Below, piece after piece: positions 1-8,800 of a stretch of DNA of 64,000 nt; within the stretch, counting starts at the first letter, position 1, and every line of letters starts with the position of its first letter. The position numbers and the translations under genes are program-made. The notes under the pieces are model-generated. The model saw only the letters and a list, made by a program, of their open reading frames with translations. It was not told the DNA's origin and made no database searches. Origin of the DNA: Verrucomicrobiota bacterium (GTDB taxonomy: Bacteria > Verrucomicrobiota > Verrucomicrobiia > Opitutales > Cerasicoccaceae); the NCBI GenBank assembly GCA_039818205.1, contig JBCBUK010000008.1:96001-160000 (forward strand), given 5' to 3'.

Positions 1-174
1 AATATGGACCCGGATATGTCGGCATTCGCCGGCATCGTTCCCTGTGGCATTACCAACGAAGAAGGACGCGTAACGAGCCTTCGCCAGGAGCTGGCCGATC
101 TGACGCCAACGACTGATGAAATGAAGAAGATCCTCGCCGCTGAATTTGAGAAAATTTTTGACTCTGAGCCGTAA
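1..174 (+). CDS. lipB: Lipoyl(octanoyl) transferase LipB, 3' partial
   Basis: Frame 1 reads NMDPDMSAFAGIVPCGITNEEGRVTSL...EP* (TAA 172-174); IVPCGI is the LipB catalytic Cys motif; directly upstream of lipA. Confidence 0.85.
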   Translation, partial: NMDPDMSAFAGIVPCGITNEEGRVTSLRQELADLTPTTDEMKKILAAEFEKIFDSEP

Positions 175-198
175 ATCATGATTGTCTGACAATTTGAT

Positions 199-1095
199 AT
201 GCAAGACACGTCACGAAAACCAGATTGGCTCCGCGCCAAACTTCCCAACGGACCGGGCTATATGGCCACGCGTCGCAACGTCGATGAGCACAAGCTGCAC
301 ACGGTTTGCGAAAGCGCGAAGTGTCCGAATATGGGAGAGTGCTGGAGCCGTGGCACGGCCACAGTGATGATCCTTGGCAACGTCTGCACACGTTCCTGCA
401 CCTTTTGCAACATCCAGACCGGACGTCCACCTGAGCTGGACTTGGGTGAGCCAGCGCGCGTTGCGGACAGCATCGCCAAAATGAATTTGAAGCACGTGGT
501 CATTACCTCGGTTGCCCGGGATGACCTTAAAGACACTGGTGCGAGTGTTTGGGCAGCTACGATTCGCGCGGTTCACTACCGTTGTCCTGAAACGACGGTC
601 GAGATCCTCCCCGCTGATTTCCGGGGCAAGGCGGAATACCTCGACATCGTCCTCGATGCGAAGCCCGACATCTTCAACCACAATATGGAAACAGTGGAGC
701 GATTGCAGCGGCCGATTCGCAAAACCGCTCGCTATGATCGTTCCCTCTGGGTGCTCGAACACGCGAAGAAGCGTGGTTTCGTTACCAAGAGTGGTATCAT
801 GCTCGGCATCGGCGAGAAAGAAAAAGAGGTCGAGCAACTGCTTCGGGACCTCCAGGCCATTGGCACCAATATTTTGACGATCGGCCAATACCTCCAACCG
901 ACCAAAAAGCACGAGACAATGGATCGTTGGGTGCATCCCGATGAATTTGCCCACTGGAAGCAATGGGCATTGGATCTCGGATTCGACGTCGTCGAAAGTG
1001 GCCCACTCGTCCGCTCGTCCTACCATGCCGACGAACAGGTTGATATCTTTGGTCTGCTCGAAAAGCGGAAAGCGGAAAAAGCCGCTAGCGCTTAG
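199..1095 (+). CDS. lipA: Lipoyl synthase (radical SAM)
   Basis: CESAKCPNMGEC auxiliary-cluster motif, CTRSCTFC radical SAM motif, C-terminal RSSYHA. Confidence 0.98.
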   Translation: MQDTSRKPDWLRAKLPNGPGYMATRRNVDEHKLHTVCESAKCPNMGECWSRGTATVMILGNVCTRSCTFCNIQTGRPPELDLGEPARVADSIAKMNLKHVVITSVARDDLKDTGASVWAATIRAVHYRCPETTVEILPADFRGKAEYLDIVLDAKPDIFNHNMETVERLQRPIRKTARYDRSLWVLEHAKKRGFVTKSGIMLGIGEKEKEVEQLLRDLQAIGTNILTIGQYLQPTKKHETMDRWVHPDEFAHWKQWALDLGFDVVESGPLVRSSYHADEQVDIFGLLEKRKAEKAASA

Positions 1096-1391
1096 TCCCC
1101 GCGTTTGACGAGGTCTAGAATCCCAGGGAATCGCGCTACGAATTCTTCGGCGCGGACCGTGCTGAGGCCCTTTGCGCCTTGCATCCGGGTCGAGATTAGG
1201 CCCGCATTGCGCAGCACATCCATATGGTGCGATAACGTGGCTTTGGCAACGTTGGTTGGCAACTGGTTGCAGGCCAACTCCTCCTCATTCATTAGCGTGC
1301 GAATAATCTTCAATCGACAAGGATCAGACAAGGCGTGCATCACCGCTTCAAGCGTGACGTCTTCCATGTCTGGCTGGGCATAAATTTTCAT
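1092..1391 (-). CDS. ArsR/SmtB family winged-helix regulator
   Basis: ALSDPCRLKII...KATLSHHMDVLRNAGLI ArsR signature; divergent from the OYE gene. Confidence 0.9.
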   Translation of the reverse strand: MKIYAQPDMEDVTLEAVMHALSDPCRLKIIRTLMNEEELACNQLPTNVAKATLSHHMDVLRNAGLISTRMQGAKGLSTVRAEEFVARFPGILDLVKRGD

Positions 1392-1402
1392 TGGCTAAAC
1401 AT

Positions 1403-1473
1403 TGTTCGAAAAAATTCGAAGGTCAACTTGACGAAATCGAATTATCGGACGAGTGTTCGAAAAATTTAGAACA
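1403..1473. promoter_or_regulatory. Two candidate ArsR operators and back-to-back divergent -35 hexamers
   Basis: TGTTCGAAAAAATTCGAAGG (1403-1422) and TGTTCGAAAAATTTAGAACA (1454-1473); GGTCAA-C-TTGACG (1421-1433) supplies a TTGAC on each strand. Confidence 0.6.
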
Positions 1474-1482
1474 ATATCTACT

Positions 1483-2544
1483 ATGAGTAACGAATCGAAT
1501 TTAGCTATGCCGCTCAAAGTCGGCGCCTGGGAACTTCCAAATCGGGTAATCATGGCCCCCCTCACCCGCTGCCGATCGAGCGAAGGACGCGTGCCCAACG
1601 CCATGATGGCTGAGTATTACGCTCAACGGGCCTCAGCGGGCTTAATTATCTCGGAAGCCACGTCCGTCGATCCTACGGGCGTCGGTTATCCCGACACACC
1701 TGGCATCTGGTCCGAGGCGCAGGTCGAAGGCTGGAAGCGGGTGACTGAGGCCGTGCACGCCAGAGGGGGCCGCATCATCCTGCAGCTTTGGCACGTCGGC
1801 CGCATGTCCGATCCCATTTACCTGAACGGTAAGCTCCCGGTAGCTCCAAGTGCCATCGCGCCGGAGGGCCACGTCAGCCTTGTGCGTCCCGAGAAACCGT
1901 TTGTCACCCCGCGGGCATTGGAATTGGCTGAAATCCCAGCGATCGTCGAAGCCTATCGCAAGGGAGCTGAGAACGCCAAGCATGCTGGTTTTGATGGCGT
2001 CGAATTGCATGGGGCCAATGGCTATTTGCTCGATCAGTTTCTGCAGGATTCAACAAACAAGCGGACTGACGAATATGGGGGTTCAATCGAAAATCGCGCA
2101 CGTCTGATGTTAGCAGCAGTCGATGCCGCGATTTCGGTATGGGGTCCCGATCGGGTCGGTCTACACATTTCACCAAAAGCTGATGCCCACGACATGGCCG
2201 ACTCCGACCTTGGAGCGACATTCAGCTACGTGGCCGAAGCCATGCGCCAGCGTGATATTGCTTTCATCTGTGCCCGCGAAGGCCAGGAGGAGCCACGGCT
2301 CGGGCCCAAGTTGAAAGAAATTTTTGGTGGCGTCTACATTGCGAATCAGGCTTTGGACCAGGCAACCGCCGAAAAGCTCATCCGATACGGTGAAGCCGAC
2401 GCAGCCGCCTGGGGACAGCTATTTATCGCCAATCCAGACCTGCCACGCCGATTCATCGAAGACATCGAACTCAACGAGCCCAACCCCGCGACCTACTATG
2501 GCGGCGGTGTGGAAGGCTATACCGACTACCCGTTCGCGAGTTAG
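1483..2544 (+). CDS. Old yellow enzyme family alkene reductase (NemA/XenB-like)
   Basis: NRVIMAPLTR, QLWHVGR, ELHGANGYLLDQF, GYTDYP; start set to ATG 1483 because the upstream GTG lies inside the operator. Confidence 0.93.
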   Translation: MSNESNLAMPLKVGAWELPNRVIMAPLTRCRSSEGRVPNAMMAEYYAQRASAGLIISEATSVDPTGVGYPDTPGIWSEAQVEGWKRVTEAVHARGGRIILQLWHVGRMSDPIYLNGKLPVAPSAIAPEGHVSLVRPEKPFVTPRALELAEIPAIVEAYRKGAENAKHAGFDGVELHGANGYLLDQFLQDSTNKRTDEYGGSIENRARLMLAAVDAAISVWGPDRVGLHISPKADAHDMADSDLGATFSYVAEAMRQRDIAFICAREGQEEPRLGPKLKEIFGGVYIANQALDQATAEKLIRYGEADAAAWGQLFIANPDLPRRFIEDIELNEPNPATYYGGGVEGYTDYPFAS

Positions 2545-2579
2545 CTTGACCTTCCGCCGGATTCGCTAGTCTTGGCGGG

Positions 2580-4412
2580 ATGTCTTTAAACTTCGACCTA
2601 GGAAGCCAACTGGATGCCCAACTGCGCCAGGCTGCTCAAAGCCTGGATGCATTTACTGATGCCTTCTCGCCGGAGGTGCGTCCAGCGGATCCACGTTTTG
2701 GCGACTTCCAGGCCAACGGCGTCCTGCCTTTTGCAAAGCAAGCGAAAGCGAACCCCCGCCAATTGGCAACTCAACTGGTCGATGCCTTGCTTTCCCTGGA
2801 AGGTTTTTCGGGAGCATTGATCCAACCGAAGAAAGGAGAAACTCCCGTGGTTCCCGCTGGCGTCGATTGGGCCTTGGAAATCGCTGGCCCCGGGTTCATC
2901 AATTTTCGGGCTTCTTCAGCCTTGTTGTCGAGTTGGTTGAAGGCGTTTCGGGATGAGGCATCTTTTGCTTCGGGGGCCGCTAGCCGCTTCAAGGGGCGGA
3001 AAATTGTGGTCGACTATCCAAGCCCAAACACTGCCAAACAAATGCACATTGGTCACCTGCGCCCGTTGGTTATTGGTGAGGCAGTTGCCCGCATCCTGGA
3101 TTTTTGCGGAGCAGATGTCATACGGGATAATCACATTGGGGATTGGGGAACCAACTTCGGCACGCTGATCATGGCGATCAAGCGCGAGCAGGTTGACCTC
3201 GCCGGGATGGGGACCGATGGGCTTCCAGAGATTGAGCGCCTCTACAAGTTAGGCTCATCCTGGGAAAAGGACGATCCCGCTATCCGGGATATTTCCCGCA
3301 ATGAGCTCGTCAAACTCCAGCAAGGTGACGCGGAAAACACAAAGATTTGGGAAAATATCGTGGCGCTTTCCAACGGTGCGTTTGAGGCTACTTATCAGCG
3401 GATGGGCGTTAAGTCCGATGTAACTCTGGGCGAATCTTTTTACCGCGACAAGGTCGATCGCATCTACAGCGAATTAACCGAATGCAACCTCGCTGAAGAG
3501 AGCGACGGCGCACTTGTCGTCTGGCACGACGAGATAAAGAAATTCTCTCGCGAAAACGAGCGGCCCTTTCCGTTCAATATTCGCAAGAAGGATGGTGCAT
3601 CGAATTACGCATCGACTGACCTGGCAACGGTGCTTTACCGCGTCGAGCATTTCAAAGCCGACGAGATCGTATACTTCACGGACTCTCGCCAACAGGACCA
3701 CTTTCAGCAGCTATTCTTGACGGTCGATAAGTGGTTTGCCTGCAAAGACTATTCGAAACCGGATTTCAGTCACGTTTGGTGGGGAGCTATTTGCGGTGAA
3801 GATGGTAAGCCCATCAAGACACGTAGCGGCGAACCAATTCTATTGAAGAATTTGTTAGATGAAGGGGTTGCCCGCGCCGCGAAGACTGCCCAAGAGAAGA
3901 CGAAAACGCCGGATCTGACGGATGAAGAAAAAGCGACGATTGCTGAAGCGGTCGGTGTTGGCGCGGTACGCTATGCCGACTTGTCGCAGAACCGGACGCA
4001 GGACTACGTCTTTGATTGGGACAAGCTGCTTGCGTTTGAAGGCAACACGGCGCCTTACCTGCAAATGCAAGTCGCCCGCATCCATGGCATTTTGCGCAAG
4101 TTGGATCTTAAAATGGGTCAAGGCGAAGAAGCCGCATCCGATCTCGAGACTCCACAGGAGATTGCTCTCGCACAAAAGCTGATTGGCTTTCCCGCGGCGT
4201 TAGAGATGACGATTAGCGACCTCCGTCCGCACCACCTGTGCACCTACCTGTTCGAGCTCGCTGGTGTGTTCTCGTCATTCTACAGCGCTAACCACGTAAT
4301 GGTCGATGAACCCGATCTAAAGGCGCGCCGGATTATGCTCTGTGCCCGGACGCTCGCGGTCCTCGAAACTGGCCTCCACCTTCTGGGCATCACCACGCTG
4401 GAACGCATGTAG
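2580..4412 (+). CDS. argS: Arginine--tRNA ligase
   Basis: FGDFQAN, AGPGFINF, SPNTAKQMHIGH, HIGDWGTNFG, FEGNTAPYLQ, C-terminal LGITTLERM. Confidence 0.97.
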   Translation: MSLNFDLGSQLDAQLRQAAQSLDAFTDAFSPEVRPADPRFGDFQANGVLPFAKQAKANPRQLATQLVDALLSLEGFSGALIQPKKGETPVVPAGVDWALEIAGPGFINFRASSALLSSWLKAFRDEASFASGAASRFKGRKIVVDYPSPNTAKQMHIGHLRPLVIGEAVARILDFCGADVIRDNHIGDWGTNFGTLIMAIKREQVDLAGMGTDGLPEIERLYKLGSSWEKDDPAIRDISRNELVKLQQGDAENTKIWENIVALSNGAFEATYQRMGVKSDVTLGESFYRDKVDRIYSELTECNLAEESDGALVVWHDEIKKFSRENERPFPFNIRKKDGASNYASTDLATVLYRVEHFKADEIVYFTDSRQQDHFQQLFLTVDKWFACKDYSKPDFSHVWWGAICGEDGKPIKTRSGEPILLKNLLDEGVARAAKTAQEKTKTPDLTDEEKATIAEAVGVGAVRYADLSQNRTQDYVFDWDKLLAFEGNTAPYLQMQVARIHGILRKLDLKMGQGEEAASDLETPQEIALAQKLIGFPAALEMTISDLRPHHLCTYLFELAGVFSSFYSANHVMVDEPDLKARRIMLCARTLAVLETGLHLLGITTLERM

Positions 4413-4482
4413 TCGGCGTAATGCCAATGAGTGCTTGGAGGCTGACTCCAAGGGTTTGCCTCCTTTGCCTCCTGCTGAAACG

Positions 4483-4905
4483 TTAGAAGCTGATTTGTCC
4501 CTTTTCCATGGCGTCAATTATCACGATGATCCACATGATTAGGACGTTAGTCAGGGAGAAAAATACGGCGGCACTGCCCATGTCCTTTGCTCGCTTGGCA
4601 AACGGATGGGTTTCCTGAGAAATATAGTCCACCGTCCATTCCATGGCCGAATTGCAGAGCTCGACAATCAGAACGAGGAAGATCGACCCAATCATCAACG
4701 CCTTGCCGAGCAGACCGACTGGCAGCAAGATCGCGACGGGAATCAGAACACAGGCCAGGATCATTTCCTGCCTGAAAGCAGACTCGTGTTTCAAGCTGGA
4801 ACCAATGCCCTCAAATGAGTAAAACATTGCGTTCCAGATGCGTTTCAGACCTCCGCGTGATTTATCTTCGCGGACTGGGGGCTCAGCATGGTTGTCTTGA
4901 AGCAT
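4483..4905 (-). CDS. dgkA: Diacylglycerol kinase (DgkA family)
   Basis: ESAFRQE, ELCNSAME, AKRAKDMGSAAV; three hydrophobic segments. Confidence 0.93.
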   Translation of the reverse strand: MLQDNHAEPPVREDKSRGGLKRIWNAMFYSFEGIGSSLKHESAFRQEMILACVLIPVAILLPVGLLGKALMIGSIFLVLIVELCNSAMEWTVDYISQETHPFAKRAKDMGSAAVFFSLTNVLIMWIIVIIDAMEKGQISF

Positions 4906-5046
4906 CGATTTATAACAAAGTTGGTATAAATAAGGTCATCACCTTGATTGGCAATTCTTTAATGGATTATTATTAGAATCTTGAATCGTGCATGCAAATG
5001 CACTTGAGAGGTGATAAAAATCGACCAATCTTGTGATTAGTTAAAT

Positions 5047-6195
5047 ATGGAACATCTCAGCGATCCCCACAAAAAAGTCTACTCTGCTGGCGGAAACCTA
5101 TACAGCATTAGCGATTTGCTTCACAGCATCACGGATCCGGAATACATGGTCGATGGCCTACCCCGTATTTCGGACTACCATTTTAAGGTTGGGGAACCTA
5201 TTCGCTATCGGCTAGATTCTAGCCTGGTTTCTATTCCTGACGGCTCAAGCTTGACCCCTGAGGCAATTGAGGGACTCATTTTCCCGCTCTTGGTCCCGGA
5301 TCGCATCCACGAGATTCAAAAAGGAGGCCCGGTCGACATCGACTGCGGTTATGAATTCACGGGCGACGAAGTCCGGTACAATTTTCGCCTCAATGTATTT
5401 CGGGACCGCCACGGGCTGGCGGCGACGCTGCGGATGCTCCCTCCGAAGCCGCCAACAATCGAGCGCGTTGGCTTCCCCTACGACGATATTTGGGAAGACT
5501 TGGTGAACTTGCGGCAAGGCCTTGTATTGATCTCGGGAATTACCGGCAGTGGCAAGTCGACGACCATCGCCAGTATCCTAAATTACATCAACCAACACCG
5601 CCCAGACCGGATTATCACCCTCGAGGACCCGGTTGAGTATCTTTACGATAGCGACCGTGCGATGATCTCTCAACGTGAGATTGGTGTGCACGTTGAATCG
5701 TTCTCGCGTGGTTTACGGAGTGCCTTGCGCGAAGACCCGGACCTGATCTTCGTGGGGGAAATTCGTGACGTCGAGACTGCGGCATTGGCGATCTCGGCGG
5801 CTGAAACCGGCCACCTTGTTTTCTCCACGGTTCACACGCGGGACGCCCTCGGCACCGTGACACGTCTCATCGACATGTTCCCTCCTGAGCGCGAGCGCGA
5901 GTTAACCACGCAACTCTCCTTGAACTTGAAGACGGTCATTAGCCAGAAGCTCGCTCCAATGGCGGGTGGTCAGGGCCGCGTAATTGCCATGGAAGTGCTG
6001 CGGAACGTCACTGGTGTGGGTAACTTGATCCGTAGTGGTAAGGTTCACCAACTGTATTCCACGATGGAGACCAAGGGCTCCGAAGGAATGTTGACGATGG
6101 AACAGGCGCTTCTGGAGTTGTATGAAGAAGGCAAAATCACCAAAGAAACCGCCCTCTCCTACGCCAACCGCGACGAAATTGCCGACCGGCTCTAG
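5047..6195 (+). CDS. pilT: PilT/PilU family type IV pilus ATPase
   Basis: Walker A GITGSGKST, Asp box TLEDPVE, LREDPDLIFVGEIRD, His box TGHLVFSTVHT. Confidence 0.88.
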   Translation: MEHLSDPHKKVYSAGGNLYSISDLLHSITDPEYMVDGLPRISDYHFKVGEPIRYRLDSSLVSIPDGSSLTPEAIEGLIFPLLVPDRIHEIQKGGPVDIDCGYEFTGDEVRYNFRLNVFRDRHGLAATLRMLPPKPPTIERVGFPYDDIWEDLVNLRQGLVLISGITGSGKSTTIASILNYINQHRPDRIITLEDPVEYLYDSDRAMISQREIGVHVESFSRGLRSALREDPDLIFVGEIRDVETAALAISAAETGHLVFSTVHTRDALGTVTRLIDMFPPERERELTTQLSLNLKTVISQKLAPMAGGQGRVIAMEVLRNVTGVGNLIRSGKVHQLYSTMETKGSEGMLTMEQALLELYEEGKITKETALSYANRDEIADRL

Positions 6196-6201
6196 CTGGA
6201 T

Positions 6202-6828
6202 CTAGATTTCGTATTCCACGCCAGCACGCTGCTTCTGTGCCTTGCGTTCTTGCCAGTAAAAAAGCGAGGTTGGAACTACTTGCAGAGCGACAATGAGAAC
6301 TGCCAGCGAAAGCAGCGAAGCGGGTCCTGATTCAACGAAGAGCCAAATCGAACCAATCCACCATCCAATCGCTGCGGCTTGGAGGTATCGACGCGTATCG
6401 ACGAGGCCTTGAATGAAAAAGCCAACGCCCATCAGGGTTCCGAAAATGGCAGGAAGCAGATACGGGTTCATGCCGCCAAGCCCAACCGCTGCAATGCCGA
6501 ACAATGCCATCGCAACAATGCAGGCAGCCCATATTCCCCGAACCATGCGGCTCGTTAACGGTGTTTGATGAAACTCTTCGAGGGTGACCTTGCCATAGAC
6601 AAAGGAACAAACAGCTCCAAAGATGATGGAAGGCGCCCAAATGAACAACCCGCCGTCGACCGGAATGTCATACGTGAAAATCGCCCATTGCAAGATACAG
6701 CACTTGGCAAAAATGAGCCCCCAGAATACGAGCAGCAACATGCGCGACGCCACAACCTGGTGCGAGCGCTCCAGCGCTAATTCGTATTCGGCTGCATCGA
6801 CCGAAACCTTTGGGGCAGTTGCTACCAT
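6202..6828 (-). CDS. Hypothetical polytopic membrane protein (about 6 TM)
   Basis: About six hydrophobic segments; start likely ATG 6828 (or 6843) because the longer track ORF is antisense to the Dabb gene. Confidence 0.7.
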   Translation of the reverse strand: MVATAPKVSVDAAEYELALERSHQVVASRMLLLVFWGLIFAKCCILQWAIFTYDIPVDGGLFIWAPSIIFGAVCSFVYGKVTLEEFHQTPLTSRMVRGIWAACIVAMALFGIAAVGLGGMNPYLLPAIFGTLMGVGFFIQGLVDTRRYLQAAAIGWWIGSIWLFVESGPASLLSLAVLIVALQVVPTSLFYWQERKAQKQRAGVEYEI

Positions 6829-6924
6829 ACCTAATATAAACATATCGGTTATTCTCGGTGATGCAACGCTCGAGAAGTATTTTCCATAGTTGCGTTTCCA
6901 GCGACCTGTTGCCAGATTCCCCGG

Positions 6925-7230
6925 ATGATTACCCATGTTGTCGTTTTCTGGTTGGACAAACCTTACGGTGAAAATCGCGAACAACTTCTGGCCGCAGCCA
7001 AGCAATACCTTGGAGGCATTCCAGGTTGCGAAAATTTTCGCGCAGGAGTGGCGGTCCCGAGCGCACGTGGTGTTGTTGATGATACGTTCGCCGTTGGCAT
7101 TTCGATGGATTTCGCGGACCAGGAGACAGCAGATACTTACCAGGCTCATCCCGACCACGTGAAGTTTGTCGAAGAGGCAGTGAAGCCAATGGTCAAGCGC
7201 TTCGTCGTCTATGATTTTGGTGAGGCATAG
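6925..7230 (+). CDS. Dabb (stress-responsive alpha/beta barrel) family protein
   Basis: MITHVVVFWL...IPG...YQAHPDHVKFV...VVYDF pattern. Confidence 0.88.
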   Translation: MITHVVVFWLDKPYGENREQLLAAAKQYLGGIPGCENFRAGVAVPSARGVVDDTFAVGISMDFADQETADTYQAHPDHVKFVEEAVKPMVKRFVVYDFGEA

Positions 7231-7270
7231 CCCACCTGGACGCAATCAATTGCGGTGAACGTGATCCCGT

Positions 7271-8305
7271 ATGCAGCCTCCTGATTCTCAACCGCCCCCC
7301 GATGATTCGCTGGACAGCGACGGAAATCCAAAACCTAAACGGACGGGTCGTGATCTCGTCCGTGAATCAACCTATGATCGGCAGGATCCGCAGCCTTTCC
7401 GTCAAGGCTCACTCGAAGGGGATTCTTTCCTCGACAAACTACGCCCACTGGCGAGCGTCGTTATCGTATTTTTCGTTCTTGGTGTAGCGGTTTCCTATCT
7501 CCTGCTCCGCCCAGACGATCCGGAGACCGTTTCAACCATCGCTCCCGTAGAAAACACTGAGCCAGTCGTTGTAACGGGAGTTGATCGGATGAAATCACTT
7601 CAAGCCCGCGGCGACACCTCCCGGCGCGCATTGGATATCCTGAGCGAAAATACCATAGCTCAAGGAGGTTATGAAAAGCTGCAGGATACGGTGAGCATGA
7701 TATTCCGCGGACGAGTCGAGATGGGGCAAAGTGTTTACCCCTTTCGCCTACTTGGGCGCCGGCCTGACCTCTACCGAATCTCCTATGAGGTTGGACCAAA
7801 ACAAGTCTTAGTGCTCGCCCACAACAGCGAAATTGCGTGGCAGCAGCTGAAGCAAGCTAGCCGGTCGATTGATGTCTCTGAGCTAGAATCAGAGAAGCAG
7901 ATTCCCCTTCGCCTAGCAGCGCAATTCGATCAGCCGCTTCAACGCTTTCTTTTTGCTGATACCTATATCACCGGTTCTGGGCTTCGACTGCGATACATTG
8001 GACGCCAAATGCGGGAAAACATGGTCTTCGAAGTTTTAGAAGTAGAACAGCCTGGCCTTCCTGATGTTAGGTGCATTGTCGATAGCAGCAGCAACTTGGT
8101 CGTGGCCATGGAATATCGCTTAGGCGCGGAGAATCATCGTATCGAGCTCACTCAATACCGAGATGTCGACGGCCTGTATATTCCGCATAAACGGGATCAT
8201 TTCGTTGATGGAGAGAGACTCAGTACCGTCGTCTTAGAAGAAGTTTTGGTAAATCCCGGTGCTCTCCAGAATGTTTTCGACCCACCACCGGAGCTTGTCG
8301 ATTAG
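7271..8305 (+). CDS. Membrane-anchored periplasmic protein, LolA-like lipoprotein-sorting fold
   Basis: Single N-terminal TM, then AQGGYEKL...RPDLYRI...AWQ...YRDVDGLYIPH pattern resembling LolA-like proteins. Confidence 0.55.
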   Translation: MQPPDSQPPPDDSLDSDGNPKPKRTGRDLVRESTYDRQDPQPFRQGSLEGDSFLDKLRPLASVVIVFFVLGVAVSYLLLRPDDPETVSTIAPVENTEPVVVTGVDRMKSLQARGDTSRRALDILSENTIAQGGYEKLQDTVSMIFRGRVEMGQSVYPFRLLGRRPDLYRISYEVGPKQVLVLAHNSEIAWQQLKQASRSIDVSELESEKQIPLRLAAQFDQPLQRFLFADTYITGSGLRLRYIGRQMRENMVFEVLEVEQPGLPDVRCIVDSSSNLVVAMEYRLGAENHRIELTQYRDVDGLYIPHKRDHFVDGERLSTVVLEEVLVNPGALQNVFDPPPELVD

Positions 8306-8329
8306 CGCCAGTGTAACCCTAATTTTGGT

Positions 8330-8668
8330 CTAAAGGACGACCTCACCGCTTTCGGCGGTTCGGATTCGCGTTGCCGAATCCAACGGTAAAACAAAAATCT
8401 TTCCGTCGCCAATTTTCCCGGTTTTAGCGGAGTCAGACAGTGTCTCGATGGCCTTCTCAACTTTGTCGTCAGCCACCGCGATATAAAGGATGAGTTTGGG
8501 AAGGAAATCTACGCGGTATTCGCTTCCTCGGTAAATCTCGGTGTGCCCTTTTTGCCGGCCAAATCCTTTTACCTCAGCCAGTGTCAGCCCTTCGATACCT
8601 GATTTCTGGAGTGCAGTTTTAACGTCATCCAAACGGAAAGGTTTTATGATAGCTGTGACCAATTTCAT
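8330..8668 (-). CDS. glnK: PII nitrogen regulatory protein (GlnK-type by amtB linkage)
   Basis: 112 aa; AIIKPFRLDDVK, GFGRQKGHTEIYRGSEY (Tyr51), TGKIGDGKIFV. Confidence 0.95.
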   Translation of the reverse strand: MKLVTAIIKPFRLDDVKTALQKSGIEGLTLAEVKGFGRQKGHTEIYRGSEYRVDFLPKLILYIAVADDKVEKAIETLSDSAKTGKIGDGKIFVLPLDSATRIRTAESGEVVL

Positions 8669-8681
8669 GCGTTTGTTTTTT

Positions 8682-8713
8682 TGAGCGACGAGGGGGTTGG
8701 CCCTCGTCGCTCA
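8682..8713. other. Perfect 13-bp hairpin between amtB and glnK
   Basis: TGAGCGACGAGGG-ggttgg-CCCTCGTCGCTCA; followed by an A-run (not U) on the coding minus strand. Confidence 0.7.
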
Positions 8714-8800
8714 GTTTTTCCCGATTATAGTAGCAGTAATGGCATTATGCAGTGTGTGGTAGCAGTGTTGTTATACTGAAATGTTTGGGTGTGGTTAGCC

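Noticed and set aside
4434..4473. Hairpin CTTGGAG/CTCCAAG plus TTGCCTCCT duplication between argS and dgkA
   Set aside because: 7-bp stem with poor U-tract and only two repeat copies; too weak to call
6844..7245. N-terminal extension of track ORF 6202..7245
   Set aside because: Lies antisense to the well-supported Dabb gene; the real start is probably 6828 or 6843
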